NCBI GenBank assembly: GCA_012295275.1
Contig: CM022672.1
Span: forward strand, 29,078,001 to 29,142,000
Source: Chrysomallon squamiferum
Taxonomy: Eukaryota > Animalia > Mollusca
Direction of reading: 5' to 3'
DNA length: 64,000 bases
Position 1 is the first letter of the stretch. Each line of letters starts with the position of its first letter. This document shows positions 1-15,794 of the stretch, one piece after another. Under the pieces are notes generated by a model. It was not told where the DNA came from and searched no databases. It worked only from the letters and a program-made list of their open reading frames with translations. The translations under genes were made by a program, and so were the position numbers.

Positions 1-2571
1 CTGAAACAATATTATTTCTAAGTCCAAGAAAAAGACGTCTATCTTCAAGTAATCACAAATTTTATGTTAAAATGTTTGTTAATGAAAGACAACAAACACA
101 CGTACATAGAACAGCCTTGCGTGCGAGGTTCATGGAGGCAGCCGATAGAGAAAACAGAAATAAGGTTCTCTAACTGAACGAGGTGTTTGTCGCTAGCCGC
201 CTTTGAGAATGGTGCTATGTCCCTTTCATTCGGCCAAATAATGACGCGGAAACTTCTGAAGAAATTCATCTGTCTGCAGATGAGACCACTATTTACATGT
301 TTGAAGCAAACTCGCTAAAATCTGTGTAATGTTCAGAATGATACTGAACTCTTTCCTGGAGAGGTAAAAAGCATATTCATGGTTAGAATTACGAAGAAGA
401 CAAAATCTTTTATATTATCGCTTGGACATGCCATAAACAAATTAAAATAAAATATATTTAATTACAGCAACCAAAGTTATAAAGCCAAAGTCGTCAAGTT
501 ACAATCCATCCAATCTAACAATTAATTAAAATACTTAAATACATTAATACATAATGATATGAACCGGCTCCAATTAATGGGTATGCGCCGATTAAGGACA
601 GCTGAAGACAAAGATGTCTTATCCCTAGTAAATTGATTACGGCAATAATCTTGACAACAATTAAAATACCTAAATACATTAATACATAATAGCCGAGTGT
701 TATAAAATAACGCACAGACCAGTGTCCAGTTGCGACGGACACGCCCGCTGACCTGTCAGAAAGCGTGCCAGTCGCAGACGTGCTTCACAACAGCTTGCTC
801 TGATTAGCACGTTAATTTATTTTCACTTCACTTTCAGTGTCCAGTTACAACGCACTTGGCTGACCAGCAATAAACACTTCGGAACTCGGCTCATGGAATT
901 TACCATGGAATTTGATATCCTAAATATGATAGAAAATGTAAACTAAAATCAGGTTCTTCTTCTTCTACTACTTTTTTTTCTTTTGTTTTTTCATCTATTA
1001 ATTTTGAATAATTCATTTAAATAGATTTACTTGTATGAACGGTTTTCGTGTGATGGTTAACATGTAATATGCACCAGGATGCGACATGATGGTCTGGGTA
1101 TTTTTTAACGTGACAGTTGTTAGAACATTCACTTTAGAATAATTGCAGGTTGCTACGTGACAGTAAAGACAATGGATATACTGGTAAAAGCTCGGTTTCT
1201 TCTGTAGAGTTTTGAATATCTTGAAAGTTTAGTTAACTGATCAAATCCACATCATAACGCTTTTAACATAACAGCGCTCGACTATACACTTCTCCCTACG
1301 AACAAAGAATATTCTTAAAATTAATAATGAACTCTAGTGCTAATCATAAAAACATGTCGGATAAACAGTAAATGGTAAGCGATGATTCAGAATTAACAAG
1401 TGTACTGCGACAGCGTCATTAAACAGGACTTTGACATCAGATAGAACTTTAATATGATCCTTGTGATGTTGGAAGATTAATCTGTTCTTGTTGTGTTGTC
1501 TACGACAGAAAATAAGCACGTTGAACTGTACGTATGTGGTCAGATTTGTAACAACGAGAACGTAGCGCTCTTGGATGCTGTAACGAAAAACATCCTTAAC
1601 TCAGAATCGCAATTAGACGCGTTAATAAAATCAATTTATGTTGTTGTTCGTGACATCCGAGGCGTCGCGTACCACGTAACAAACGTCGAGGACTTTCGAT
1701 GACTTATCAGCGAGTGTTTTAGTTTGTGACATTTATTGTTTCACTATTTCGACGTGCTTACAAATAAAGAAACAAAATATATTTAAAGAAAGAAAGAAAA
1801 CATCTCACACATTCATACACAGATAACCAACCATACACATATACTACACACATACACACTCACACACACACAAGAACATACACATTATAATAGAGATTTC
1901 GTGTGGTTCCAATTTCATAAATTTGTTTTTGAATTTTTTCTTTTTTTAAATATCAAATTAGCATATTCTATGTGTATTGATCTTTCTACCTGTCAAATCT
2001 CAAGCTTCATTTACTGAACTATTGTCCAGTGTACGATGTCACCTTCACCAACCTGTGTCAAGAGTGCAGCACATGAAATATTTAAACCTACAAAGACACA
2101 CACAGCATGTCGTAGCTTCGTTTAATTCACAAAACGAGAAGTAAATTTATCGTTTTCTTAAAAGCATTTGCTAAAATAAATGGCTTTAATGGTTTTGCGG
2201 TAAAACAGCCATGTCCATTAACATGAAAAATATATAAATAAAAGAACAAAAAAAAAAAATGAAAGAAAAAAGATTTTACGAATGTTTACAGGCTCTGTGA
2301 AGTGCTACTCAAAAGATCAGGTAGTGTTAAACATTTTAATTCACTTTAAACTGATTATCTGCTTCCCGCTGTCCTCACTGTGCCTGCCTGCTTTATCTAC
2401 TACTACTACTACCACTACTATCTTCGTCATTACCATTACTATTGTTACCTTTGTTATTTATTTATTTATTATAATTATTATCATTGTTAGTATTGTTGTT
2501 GTTGTTATTAAAAGGATATGGTTTTATTGTTAGCTGTTTTTATTGTTTTAGAGAATTTTTGGTGTTCCATC

Positions 2572-2614
<43 letters not shown>

Positions 2615-3884
2615 CTATGTTAATTTCGCCCGTTCAGACGTAGGTTTGACACAAACTTTAAATATTTGATAAATAAAAAACAAAAACACATTTTGTTAAT
2701 GGAAATCACGTTATAATGATGACAAGTCATACATTATTCATTATAACGATGAAGATGAAAATTTAAGAAGATTTCAATTTTTTTTTTTTATGAAGACATC
2801 TACTATTGATACCACCACTAATGCTATTTTAACTACTACTATCGCCAACACCATTACTACTATTCCTACAAATACAACTACTACTATTACTACCAATATT
2901 AATACTACGTCCAGAACACCACTAATAATAGTACGACTACCAAAATCACCATCACCACCAACAGGAAACAAGAATACAAGAGGTCGGAAAACGTAAAAGA
3001 AATTCACTGGGAAACTAGAACCAAAAGTCACCAATGATTCGTTCTACGTTTATTATTAGGAATCGGCAACACGAGAAACTTTCAATGAAATAAACTGATG
3101 AGTATAATGAATCGCCGTTTAGGATATCACCTTCACGAGCCGAATGCTAACGACCAATGAGAGCGGCTTAAAACATTCGCTGTCTGTTGTATATAAATAA
3201 AATTGTTTGAGCAGCCAGTCATTTTATGGAGCCGTCTTTCGATCGATGTACGGTCGTATTTAACCAGTAAACTGATATGAAATACGTCGACAAACCAAGA
3301 CCTGTCATATTATCGCGTTTCACTTTCTCGTTTTCCTCGATTAAAGGGTTCTGAAGAAGATGGATAACTCTTACAAGTGATGTTAAATATTTATGGTGTG
3401 TGTAAAAAAATACATATATTAACAAATCGAAAAAAGTAATGAAATACATGACGACTGAGTCAACAAAAAGATAACATTTTTCATCTTAAGTTTCTTGTTT
3501 CGTTTGTGTTTAAATATTCATTGAAAGGAAACTAAATTTGAATAATAAACTGTCCAGGAAAAATATATAAAGTGAAAACAAGTTCGTTGATGTAGACTAT
3601 AGAAAAATGTTGTCTGTTTGTGGAATAAAATGGCAGTTGTGCACTTAAATGGATTAAGGTTGTTGTAATAATCAACTTTTTTTTTTTTTGGTACAGTGAA
3701 GACAAACCATAAAAATAAATTAATTAATTAATTAATAAATAAATAGTAATAAAAAAAATAAAAAAATAAAATGAAATAAAATAAAAAAAGACGAAAGAAA
3801 GAAAAATAAATAAATAATAATAATAATAAAAAGTAATAAAAAATAAATAAATAAATAAATGAAAATAAAGAACAAGAAGATAAA

Positions 3885-4263
3885 ATGTCAGCTACTATTT
3901 CAATTATCGAGGAAAACAACTGTTATCTCGAAAACCCGGATAACTCAAATATATCCGCATTCTTCAACACAAGCGAGGTTCGCTATTCTTGCAACCAAAC
4001 AGAGGAGAAATATCTAATGCCCGAAATACCGCTCTACTTGTTAATTTCAACCACCACGCTATATGTGATTATCTTCATCAGCGGAACCGTGGGGAACGTC
4101 ATTGTTGTTGCTGCTGTTACCACGGATCGGAACATGCGAACTTCGACTAATTTGTTCCTGGTCAATTTGGCAGTGGCTGACCTGATGGTCATTCTCATTG
4201 CTCTGCCCACAGCTCTGACCGAGGTGTTCGCAAAAGACAGGTGGTACTTCGGAAGTGTCATGT
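3885..4263 (+). CDS. ETH-receptor-like class A peptide GPCR, coding exon 1 (N-terminus, TM1-TM2, ECL1)
   Basis: ATG at 3885. N-glycosylation sequons NIS/NTS/NQT, TM1 GTVGN, TM2 NLFLVNLAVADL, ECL1 WYFGSVM. Phase-1 donor T|GTAAGT at 4264. Confidence 0.93.
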
Positions 4264-4456
4264 GTAAGTTCTTATTTTCTTCGTTTCTTTAGTATTTAGT
4301 ATTTCAGTTCTACCCTTCAATGTGTGTGTATCTTTTTGTGTACATATTTGCATTATGTGTGTGTCTTGTTGTGTATATGTGTCTATGTTGTTTATATGTA
4401 TATGTTTGTGTGTATTTATATATGTGTATGTATGAAGGTTCGTAAAGTATTCACGT

Positions 4457-5090
4457 CATAAACTTACACATTTCACAAACATACATTTCATAAAACTATA
4501 TATCTCACAAACTTTACACTTTCTAAATGTATACATCTCACAAACTTTACAGTTTCTAAACATATACATCTCACAAACTTTACACTTTCTAAACGTATAC
4601 ATCTCACAAACTTTACACTTTCTAAACACATAAATCTCACAAACTTTACACTTTCTAAACGTATGCATCTCACAAACTTTACACTTTCTAAACACATACA
4701 TCTCACAAACTTTACACTTTCTAAACATATACATCTCACAAACTTTACACTTTCTAAACACATAAATCTCACAAACTTTACACTTTCTAAACGTATACAT
4801 CTCACAAACTTTACACTTTCTAAACATATACATATCACAAATTTACACTTTCTAAATATATACATCTCACAAACTTTAGAGTTTCTAAACACATAGATCT
4901 CACAAACTTTACACTTTCTAAGCATATATACCTCACAAACTTTACACTTTCTAAGCATATGTATGTCACAAACTTTACACTTTCTAAGCATATACATCTC
5001 ACAAACCTTACACTTTCTAAGCATATATATCTCACAAACTTTACACTTTCTAAGCATATGTATGTCACAAACTTTACACGTTCTAAACGT
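4457..5090. repeat. 33-bp minisatellite, about 19 copies, in the GPCR intron
   Basis: Unit catatacatctcacaaactttacactttctaaa. It generates the spurious RKCKVCEMYMF-type ORFs. Confidence 0.95.
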
Positions 5091-5587
5091 TTTCATGTAA
5101 TTTTATTCACCAAAGGACTTCATAACGTTAACTGTTCTGGATTGTTTGAACACCTTCGGCATTACAAATCTTCAGCAATCTGTAAAATTTCCTAGAGAGT
5201 GTGAACTTCCTTATTTAATCCTTTTCTTCATTAAATGTAATTATAAATTATATTTCATTATCTTAAAGTGATTAAACACACGCATAGCATTACTATTTGA
5301 CCGATGAAAAATAATCAGTAGCTAAGACAATAGTTTGATCGGTTTATTATTATTATTATTACTATTTTTTTTTTTTTACTCTTTCGTTCTTTTTTTCTTA
5401 CTGACACATACACAAACACGCATATTTATTATTATATAATTTTTTTCGTCAGTTTGAATCAGTTTCAAAGTACATTATCGTTGTTTCAACTTTTGTATTA
5501 AGAAACCTGTAGGCATAAAAGCTATATTACGTTCTATGATCATAATGTTTAGAAAATTACGGTTTATATTACATTCACACACACACA

Positions 5588-5628
<41 letters not shown>

Positions 5629-5994
5629 ACACACACATCCTTTTCCCCTTCATTTAATAACTGGCTGTATAACATGAAGAGAGTTTTTGTTAATATAAAC
5701 AATTATACAGACTTCGTGGTTTGTTAATAATTTTTCAGGTCGTTGTTTGATGGACTTTCAGCCATTAATCTGTAAGGTTTATCGTCGACTGCGGTTCTAA
5801 AATTTTACGTTTTATGACAGTATTCATAACCTTCTTCATTCTGAACAAGAACAACAATGTAGTCATCTTAGGTTTAAAAGCGATAGATGAAAGACCTACA
5901 TTTCTGTAAGAATAAGTTTTGTAGATCGTGAAAGTAGAATTATTTTAATATCTTCGTTTTTGTTCTTGTGGTTTATACGCCATTGTACGCATTC

Positions 5995-6026
<32 letters not shown>

Positions 6027-6768
6027 TTGTGTGTGTGTGTGTGTGTGTTTATGCTCCTGTATTTAATCTGTTTTTCACTTTATATATGTGCAAGAAGCAT
6101 ATAACCGTCGAAAGATTTAATATTTAAAGTAAAGTTAACCCTTTTGATGTTTGTGGTGAGGGTTTGTATGTACGTACCCGACATTTTTGTAACACATGTT
6201 TATCAATGTCTCCCTGTAGGTGTGTATGTATGTGTGTTGTTCGTGTATGCAAGAGCATGTCTGTACAGTTTAGCATGATTTATTTTAATGTATTCTTTTA
6301 TCTCCTGAGCCTATTTCCCATTCCAACCAATGCATACGTAAAACGTCACCTGTTGCTTACATTAAGGTAAAAAAATTTAGCGAAAGTTTTTTTGTTGTTG
6401 CCGATTTCTCTTGAGAACGTAAGATATCTGGACTGAAGTGAACTTTATTTACTCTCAGGCCGCAGTCTACGGGATATGAGGATCATTCATACAAAATTCA
6501 ACATAACTTTAACAGTTATAACAAGTATGACAGGTATCCAATACCCAATGTTTATAATTAATCAACTTCCAGAGTCGTGTTGTGACACAAAATAAACGTT
6601 TTGACTAAATGCCCTCTTCGCCTCTTGTTTCTTAGTCCAGTTTAATTATAAAACTGTTCAGATGCAGTTAGGCGTGACCATCAACAGCAGCGTCATTTTA
6701 ATATCTTAGTTTTTGTTCCTGTGATTTATACGCCATACGTGTGTGTGTGTGTGTGTGTGGATGTGTAT

Positions 6769-6808
<40 letters not shown>

Positions 6809-7789
6809 AAATAAAAATAAAAATAGAAATAAAATAAAATAAAATAAAATAAAATAAAATAAAATAAATAAATAAATGAATGAATAAATAAATAAATAAA
6901 TAAATATATATATATATATAAATAGATAAATAGATAAATATATAGAATCAGATGAAATGAACGAACAAAAATTTAATTTATGCCATTCAAGGATTTTTGA
7001 GAAAAAACAAATTAATAAAACAAAAATGATAGACATAATAAAACAAAGAAAAATAAGTAATAAAAAGATATTAAGAAAAAAAGAAAGACAGGAAAGGTAA
7101 AAATCTAAATATGGTAATCTTCATTCACTGAAGATTTCTGTTTTTACGAGAAAACCGCTTTTAGCTTTTTGACTGAACTATTTTATGTCAGAATCAAGCG
7201 GAAATGCTCATCAAGATTTTGTCTGGCTTGCTCATAAACGATCACGATGTTTCCACGAATAGCAGTAAAAACAATCGATCAATTAATTTCTGTACAAAAG
7301 AAGATAAAGATAAACAAGGTAAACGTGGAAAAATGTTTTAGATAGCTGTGTAAAGCTCATACTAATCATAAAAAAAGAAAAAAGAAATTATACGACAGAT
7401 TAATAGTAAATAACAACGCTGTTAGGTTATGGTCGTCTCCTTTTTCTTTTGTCGTTTTGTTTTTCTCTCTTCTTTTTCTGTTTTTACACGTGTCAGTGTT
7501 TCTACTTTTGCTGTATGTCTTTCTGTCTCTTTTTCCATCTGTTTGTCTAATTCTTTCTGCTTTTTTGTCTTTCTGTCTCTTGAACTGTCTCGAGGTTCTG
7601 TCTTATACGTTGCTTTTTGTCTCTCTGCTTCAGTCTTTATATCTGTCTCTGAAGTTGTCTTTAACTCCACGATTGACCGTTTCTGACGTATCTGAATGTA
7701 GTTTCATATACTGTCTGTTTTTCTCTTAGTCCTTCTTATTTCTTAATCTGTTTAATTATCTGGTATTACTTCAGATCCTTCTCAACCAT

Positions 7790-7900
<111 letters not shown>

Positions 7901-8472
7901 CCTCTTCTCTCTCTTTGATTCTTCCTCTGCCGTTCCTTCATTTTAGAGGTTACTTCAATAAATATATTCATACACACACACTTTGTATTTTACTTTATTT
8001 TATATTTTGTTGATTTTTTTTCCTGCCACCGGATACAAATACATTCTTTGTATATTAAAAATCCATAAATCCATTCAGCTAATAACTTAATTTTATGGCT
8101 TCCTCAAATTATGGTACTGGCAGTGATAAAAACACATTGCTATTCAAGACTTAGGATCCTCATGTACAGTCACCCGATTTCAATTCATTAACATCGTATC
8201 CATTTATGACATGCGTTGTTGAGTAGCCTAACGTATTTTTCCCTGAGAGACACAAAGATTAATATTAGTGATTCCCCGGGGTCTGTACAATATGTGATCG
8301 CATCTGTATAATTACACAAAGACTCATTTTAGACAAATTTATGATGTATTTGTGTAATTAGTGTAATTATTAGTTTATAGTCAAAGTTATTTTTAACTTC
8401 ATGTTCTTTTCTGTGTCCGTCTCTTCTTCTTTTCTCTATGCATTCCTCGCTCTTTCTTTCTTTCCCTTTCTT

Positions 8473-8554
<82 letters not shown>

Positions 8555-10189
8555 TATATATTAATACAGATTTACTGCTTTTATCTTTAATACTTCAAAT
8601 TTCTCATTGATAATTAATATAACATTATGCGAATTAAAAGTATCTATAAAGACAATAGCTTCGTGAAAGTTTATTGTCCTCTAGCATTCATCACAATCTA
8701 ATTACATTGGGTATACATTTACCAAAAATGGAAACCGCAGGATATAAATGTTTTAATTCTGATTAAGATCGTAACGTTATATTATAATTACAATCTGATT
8801 TATCAGAATTATAATAAATCTTTAGGAGTATGATGTTAAATTTATACGAGGAGAAACAGAACAAAAAAAATCTCCATACATATACACGTACGTACAAATA
8901 CACCTGTATACATCCATATAAGTATATATATATATATTTATGCACACATATACATATACATACAGACACACGTGTATTTATGTGTGTATAAAAACACACA
9001 GACACAGACTCACACGCACACACACACACATACACATGCATTTACCTACCTTAACGTATTTAACCCGACCTGTGGATACGTGTGATATTCTGTGTTACAT
9101 TTGTGACATCATCGAATTATATCGTTGTATGTGACGTAAATTGTTAATGACATGGCAATATAAATCTTATAGGCGAAAGGTATGTTTTATATAAAAATAA
9201 TATTTGAAGATGTAGATATTTTTAGTTGTTAGCAGACATAAATTTAAATAAACAAACATGCACTCAGGCAGACAGACAATTCGAAAGATGAATAACCATA
9301 ATATGTTAGACATTTTATTTTATGATGAAACATCATGTCAGCCCGGAAATTTCGTTCATATCTAAATTCTCAAACACTGTTTTTCTCATTAAACTCATTT
9401 AATATTGAAACATATATACTCAATACTGTTAAACCCAGCTTATCCATTCGTGGTTCAGATATAGATAATATTATACACCGCACCTTTTTCTTGATTACTT
9501 ATTTTCGCAGGTTATAATTAAACTCGTTTGATCTTGAAATTTATAGAGGCAATAAGGAAAGACCTTTCCGCCCACCTGCTTTGAAATATTTGAACCGCCT
9601 CTGTCAATTATCTGGATTTGGTATTTTTTTGTTAGAGGATGTCAAAGATTAAAGTGCTGTCTCGCGTTGCTAAGTATCGATTGAAACAGGTTTCCATAGA
9701 GCGATGACGTCGAAGTACGTCGTTTACCACCGACGTCTAACATTCGCTGTCATTTCATCAGCAGCTTTAATTGTTCTTTTGTACAATTCGAGAAAACGCG
9801 CCAATAATAATAATTACTTTTAACATGCTGTATTCACACATACACCATTATTTTTGATTAATAACGTTAAATTTATTCATGAAGACTGAAGGGAAATGTT
9901 TTCTGTACTGTTAATTACTCCCTGTTTTTCTCATTCCTGAGTTTGGTACAATTCCGGTTTTGACCTTTTAGCGCTTCTTAAACTTCCGTTAAACTTACTG
10001 ATTGCGCATGTCATTTCTTCCGTAACATCTGTTAACACTTTGGGCTCTTTCTGTTAACTGAAATGTTTTCATACGTCATATAGTTACCACGCAGTGCATC
10101 AATAAAGTTTCTTGTTAATGCTTCTTTATGTGAGAAAATATTTAAAAATACATTAAGGAAAGGAGCATAGAATTTTTATTTTCGACAGT

Positions 10190-10227
<38 letters not shown>

Positions 10228-10523
10228 GCGTTTGTGTGTGTGTGTGTGTGTGTGTGTACAGTTTTAGAAATGTTTTTATATGAGTCAACGAGGAGATATC
10301 ACTGCTTCTTTTTCACTTTGATTAATGCTTTAATTAGCAATGCGGGTTTCCTCCCTACATAGCTAGTTAATAAAAGTTTCTTACAACATGAAATGTATTA
10401 CGAGTCATTTTATTCTATCGTCAGATACATGTGCAAACATATACCTATACATCATCTACATACAAACATACATAAATGTAGAGATAGCCAGAGAAACAGT
10501 CAGACAGGTAGATAGAAAGATAG

Positions 10524-10595
<72 letters not shown>

Positions 10596-11085
10596 GCCGT
10601 CATCAGTAAAAAGAAAAGAAAAGATATTGATCACTGACGTACACACTACACCTGATAGTAAATGAATCCACGCAAATCTGGCAGTTAGAGGTGTGTGGCA
10701 GTCCTCCTATTTGTTTCAACGCTCAATGCTAATTAGAGAGAGCTGCAGGAGAGAGAGGCATTATAAGCGTATAAGCGAATCTGCCAAGAACATCAGTACA
10801 GCCACTGATAGTTCCTAAGACGCTGTTTTCGCTGAAATAAATGAAAATTGTGACTGAAGTTCAGACGAGGCTAAAACAACACCACTAATTAAGTGAGCTG
10901 GGCTAAACGACGGATCGGTAAGCTCGGGATACGGAGACTTCAGTGCAAAGTTGTTTTAATTGGTAATTTCCACCCGAAAAATTGTTTAGTCAAAGTCATT
11001 ACCACTGCCATCTATTTCCGTTGGTATAATCCGCAGAGTTTTCTGTTATTACTTTTTAATGATTATTTTCTGATTCAGTGTGTTC

Positions 11086-11167
<82 letters not shown>

Positions 11168-11760
11168 ACCTACCTACCTACCTATCTTTTTGTGCCTATA
11201 TTTTTCTTTTTCTCTAACCCTCTCTCCTTGACATACCTTCTTTTTTTTGTTACTCTCATCACGCAGTGATTCTCAATTAAAAAAAGTAAAAACAATACGA
11301 CAGACTTAAATGAACAAAAGAATCAATTTTATTAACGAAACGAGCTCAAGTCGGAGCTTTATAAATTAATGACGTAATTTGTCAGGAACGTAATGGCTCC
11401 GAGGATCAGACTTTCTCTGCAGACACACTGGGATATTTACCATTACAACTTCTAATGACTGACTAACAGGATTTATTTTCGTAACATGATTATCATGATT
11501 AAAATCAGCATGATAATAAATTTAATGTAAAATAATTATTAATAACATAGATGGTTACTCAGAAATAATAATAAAAAAGTAATTAATTCGTTCTACTGTC
11601 TCAGTAATACAGGTACTTTATTTTATACACACACACGCACGCACGCACGCATGCACCCACGAACATATATATAGATAAACAGAGAGACTAAATAAATATA
11701 TCGAAGAAACGTATGGACACATGTACAGATAAATATATATAGTGAATAGATATACATGTG

Positions 11761-11867
<107 letters not shown>

Positions 11868-12499
11868 GAGTTCTATGCCATAAAAGGGCGGACTATATCC
11901 TTAAATAGGAAATGATACAAACATTGACACAGTCAGGAAAATTTTCATTATTTTTGCTTGTAATGAAAAGCTTAAAATATAAAATAAAACTGTACAACAT
12001 CCGGGCGGACACAACTCTGAAAAAAATGAGATGGCTGGCCGTCATTGCGATGAATGTACTTTTTGGAGATTATGTATTCCTTTTTAATTGTAACGTAACA
12101 TAAAAAAAACTTGGTTCATCAGTGTTTGTGTGACTTTACTGAAACAGGGAAATACTCTTGTTTCGTGTATAGAACAGACTGAGCTGCATCAGTTCAGGTT
12201 ATTCACTGCTGTTGACACTTGTGACCTGGCACGCAAACTACAGTTAGTCAAAGCCGATACAAATTATGCTGGATCACGTAACGTGGCTTTCTGAGACATG
12301 AACGATTTTAATTAGCGTTACAAACTTGCAGAAATAAAGATTCAGAAATCGCAAAAAAGAAGAAAAAAAAGAAGGAATAAATAATAATAATAATAAAAAA
12401 TAAAATAAAATAATGAGTGATAAAAAATCTAAAAACACTCATTATATTGTCTATTTGTAAAATTACGATATTGGAATTTGCCACGGGAGAGAATGAAAT

Positions 12500-12535
<36 letters not shown>

Positions 12536-12649
12536 AGTATAACAATTAACAATGAAACAAATGTTCCGAATACTTTTCTCAAAGATATTTTCGAAATAGT
12601 AAATATTAATATACATTTTTCTTTAAGAACTGTTTTAAATATATCTTGA

Positions 12650-12860
12650 ATTATTCTTATCGACGAATATTTCTGAATGTTAACAGACAACTAGATCGAA
12701 TATTTATAGCACGTTTATTGACGAATATTTCCGAATATTAATAATAATACGTTTACTGACGAATACTTCCGAATATTAATAATAATACATTTATTGACGA
12801 ATATTTCCGAATGTTAGTAGCACGTCTATTGACAGATAATACTGAACATTAATAATATAT
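12650..12860. repeat. degenerate ~39-bp minisatellite
   Basis: Recurrent ttattgacgaatatttccgaatattaataataatac units. Confidence 0.8.
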
Positions 12861-13071
12861 TTAAGAAAATTAAAAACACACAAACATAGCTGTGTAAAAC
12901 ATAATTGTTTATTTCGATATCTGGATAGTTACTTAATGTTTATTAGTGGGAAAACATTCGGTTGCAATGTAGGTTAAGATTGTTTTATTTTATTTTATTT
13001 TATTATTTATTAATTTAGGTATTTATTATATATTTTATTCATTCATTATTTTAATAATAATAATAATAATA

Positions 13072-13114
<43 letters not shown>

Positions 13115-13495
13115 TTATTTATTTATTAATTAATTTATTTTATTTATTTATTTATTTATTAATTTTTATTTTTTAACTGGCTGTTATTGATAAATCCACC
13201 GAACACGCAGTAATCGACAATGACATGGGACACGTGCCTATTTCTTACTCGTATTTTTTTCTCATTTAAAAAGCTGATTTCAGAAGCCTCGATATTCGTG
13301 CGGTTGTATTATTTGTTTTCTTTTCCGTTTTTAATTATAAAACCATGAGTTTTAACACTGGCAAGGAAACTGTAAAATAATACCAGCTTCTAATGAAATC
13401 GTCCAGACGTTCAAATCAACTCGCAGTCTGGATTACTTGTGAAGTATATATTTCTAAACCAGTTCGTAGCCATGTTTCTGAAAGACTATTAGCCT

Positions 13496-13685
<190 letters not shown>

Positions 13686-14619
13686 TGTGTGTGTGTGCGG
13701 GGTTTTACGCGATATAAGATGTTTAAAAATACCTCTTAAGAATAACTGTCCTGTCATAAAAGCAGATCATTTGTTCCTGAAGGTGAAAAAAGTATGTAAT
13801 CAACTTAGCAAACATATATATATACATATATAATACATACAAACACATACAAACACATATATATATATGCAAACATACGTACGTGTGTGTATGTGTATGT
13901 ATATATTTAGTTTTATTAAACCAATAATAATAGAATAAGTAGTACTATAATAGTAGCGTCGTATAAATCGTGGTTATAGTAGTAATAGAAGCTGTAGTAT
14001 TAATAGTAGTAGTTGATGTTGTTTTTGTTAATGCGTAGTTTTAACGACGTCATTGGTAAAAAAAAAAAATAAGAGGGAAAGAAAAAAAAATCTGTGTAAA
14101 CAAAATTAACTTAATATTCTGACCTTCGTGTCACTGACTTTCGTCACGCAAGGAAAAAATAGTTGAATTATGTCAAAAGCTTCTCTCTAGCTAAGCGTTT
14201 CGACGAAATTATGCGTGATGGTGTGTGTTGAAATGATCTATTTTACTTCTGTAATTTAAATAAATAATTCAGTTGAGAACTGACTGTCATATTTCCTAGT
14301 GACCACGAATACCAGCGGACTTTTACGCACGTAAACTGAATGATTCGGCAAGGCAGATGTCACGAAAGATTACGCATGGGTAATTCAGTTCGTGGCCCCG
14401 TGAATAATGAATTATAGAGGGAAAAAAAGGTGACAAACGTTTGGAAAATATTATATTCATTCACGCGCGCGCTCGCGCTCACACACACACACACACACAC
14501 ACAAGGACACACAATACACACACACAGACACACACAATTTATCTAATCGGAGAGATAGAAACATACGTTAATTTATATTGATGGCAATGATATTTACAAA
14601 TTACCCGTTACATCAAATA

Positions 14620-14780
14620 CAGTAGTAATAGTACTAATAGTACTAGTAAGGGTAGTGGTAGTAGTAGTAGCAGTGGTAGTAATAGTAGTAGTAGTAGTAA
14701 TAGTAGTAGTAGTAGTAGTAGTTGTTGTTGTTGTTGTTGTTGTAGTAGTAGTAGTAGTAGTAATAGTAGTAGTGGCAGCA
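14620..14780. repeat. (TAG)n/(TTG)n trinucleotide low-complexity tract
   Basis: Runs of gtagtagta and gttgttgtt. Similar tracts near 15260-15510, 18870-19070, 31530-31860, 34430-34640 and 37285-37560. Confidence 0.9.
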
Positions 14781-14794
14781 GTTATACCACTAAT

Positions 14795-15026
14795 ACTAGG
14801 GGAAACTGGGGACCGATGAGCCACTTTTAAGATATTTGAACATTTCACCCAAACCTTGATAGCTGTTTACTGAAAAACTGGTGATGCTTACAGAGGCGTT
14901 ATTGCTCTCGGTTACAATATAGAAATTGATAGGTTGCTTTAAACTACATCGTTGTGGGAGACACTTATGGTTCATCGGTTCCCAGGTAAAGGGACCAATG
15001 TCCAAACATTAGGGTCCTATGTGCCA
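14795..15026. mobile_element. probable DNA-transposon end remnant with inverted subterminal repeats
   Basis: CTGGGGACCGATGAGCCA (14806-14823) is a near-perfect inverted copy of TGGTTCATCGGTTCCCAG (14968-14985). Further partial copies (gggaccaatg, gggtcctatgtgcca) follow. Confidence 0.45.
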
Positions 15027-15713
15027 TGATTTCAAACAGTGAAACTAGCTAGAAACAAAATATAAGTAATTTATTATTTTTCAAGAGTCTTATACTAATA
15101 CTGATTCTTATTCACGACTGAACCCATCAAAACCGCTACTGAATTTTCTGGTTCCTTTCTGTCTTTTGGTAGTTTGCACAAAAGGTTTAGCAAGGACACC
15201 CAAAATCAAATCTGCCTCAGCTGAGCTTATTTGTTCCTGAACGGGCTCAGTAATTATCGTAGTGGTAGTAGTAATAGTAGCAGCAGTAATATCAGTAATA
15301 TTAATATCAGCCGTTTCGTTAAATATAACATCACTATAATTAACTTGTAATTAACATAGCATAAGTAGTAGTAGTAGTAGCAGCAGCAATAGCAGCATTA
15401 GTAGCAATAGTATTAGCAGTATTAGTAATAACAATATTAGTAATATTAGTACTAGCAGCAATAATAGTATTAATATTCGTTGTAGCAGTAATAGTAAGTA
15501 GAATGTAGTAGTAATAAAACTAATAGTATTTTACTTAACACAATTATAAATCCGAAAACATTTTATTGCTGCATTATTAAAACCAAAAAGTTTATTGGAA
15601 AGTATCTGAAATCAAACTACAGTAACAAGACTGGTAACTCTCCTGTTTACTTCGTTATTCTGACTAATTTTCGTACTAAGACTGAAACTGTTTGAACGAA
15701 ACATTCTGTATAT

Positions 15714-15724
<11 letters not shown>

Positions 15725-15790
<66 letters not shown>
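15725..15790. repeat. (TA)n microsatellite
   Basis: Perfect TA run. Confidence 0.95.

Positions 15791-15794
<4 letters not shown>

Noticed and set aside
1493-1702. 69-aa ORF in a CpG-rich patch upstream of the GPCR
   Set aside because: GTG start, no recognisable motif or splice context.
4457-5090. Possible CRISPR array (33-bp periodicity); likewise 62090-62530
   Set aside because: Units are directly adjacent with no unique spacers, there are no cas genes, and the context is eukaryotic.
4456-5195. Cys-rich ORFs (RKCKVCEMYMF / CLESVKFVR repeats) resembling zinc-binding proteins
   Set aside because: Translations of a 33-bp intronic minisatellite, open in several frames on both strands.
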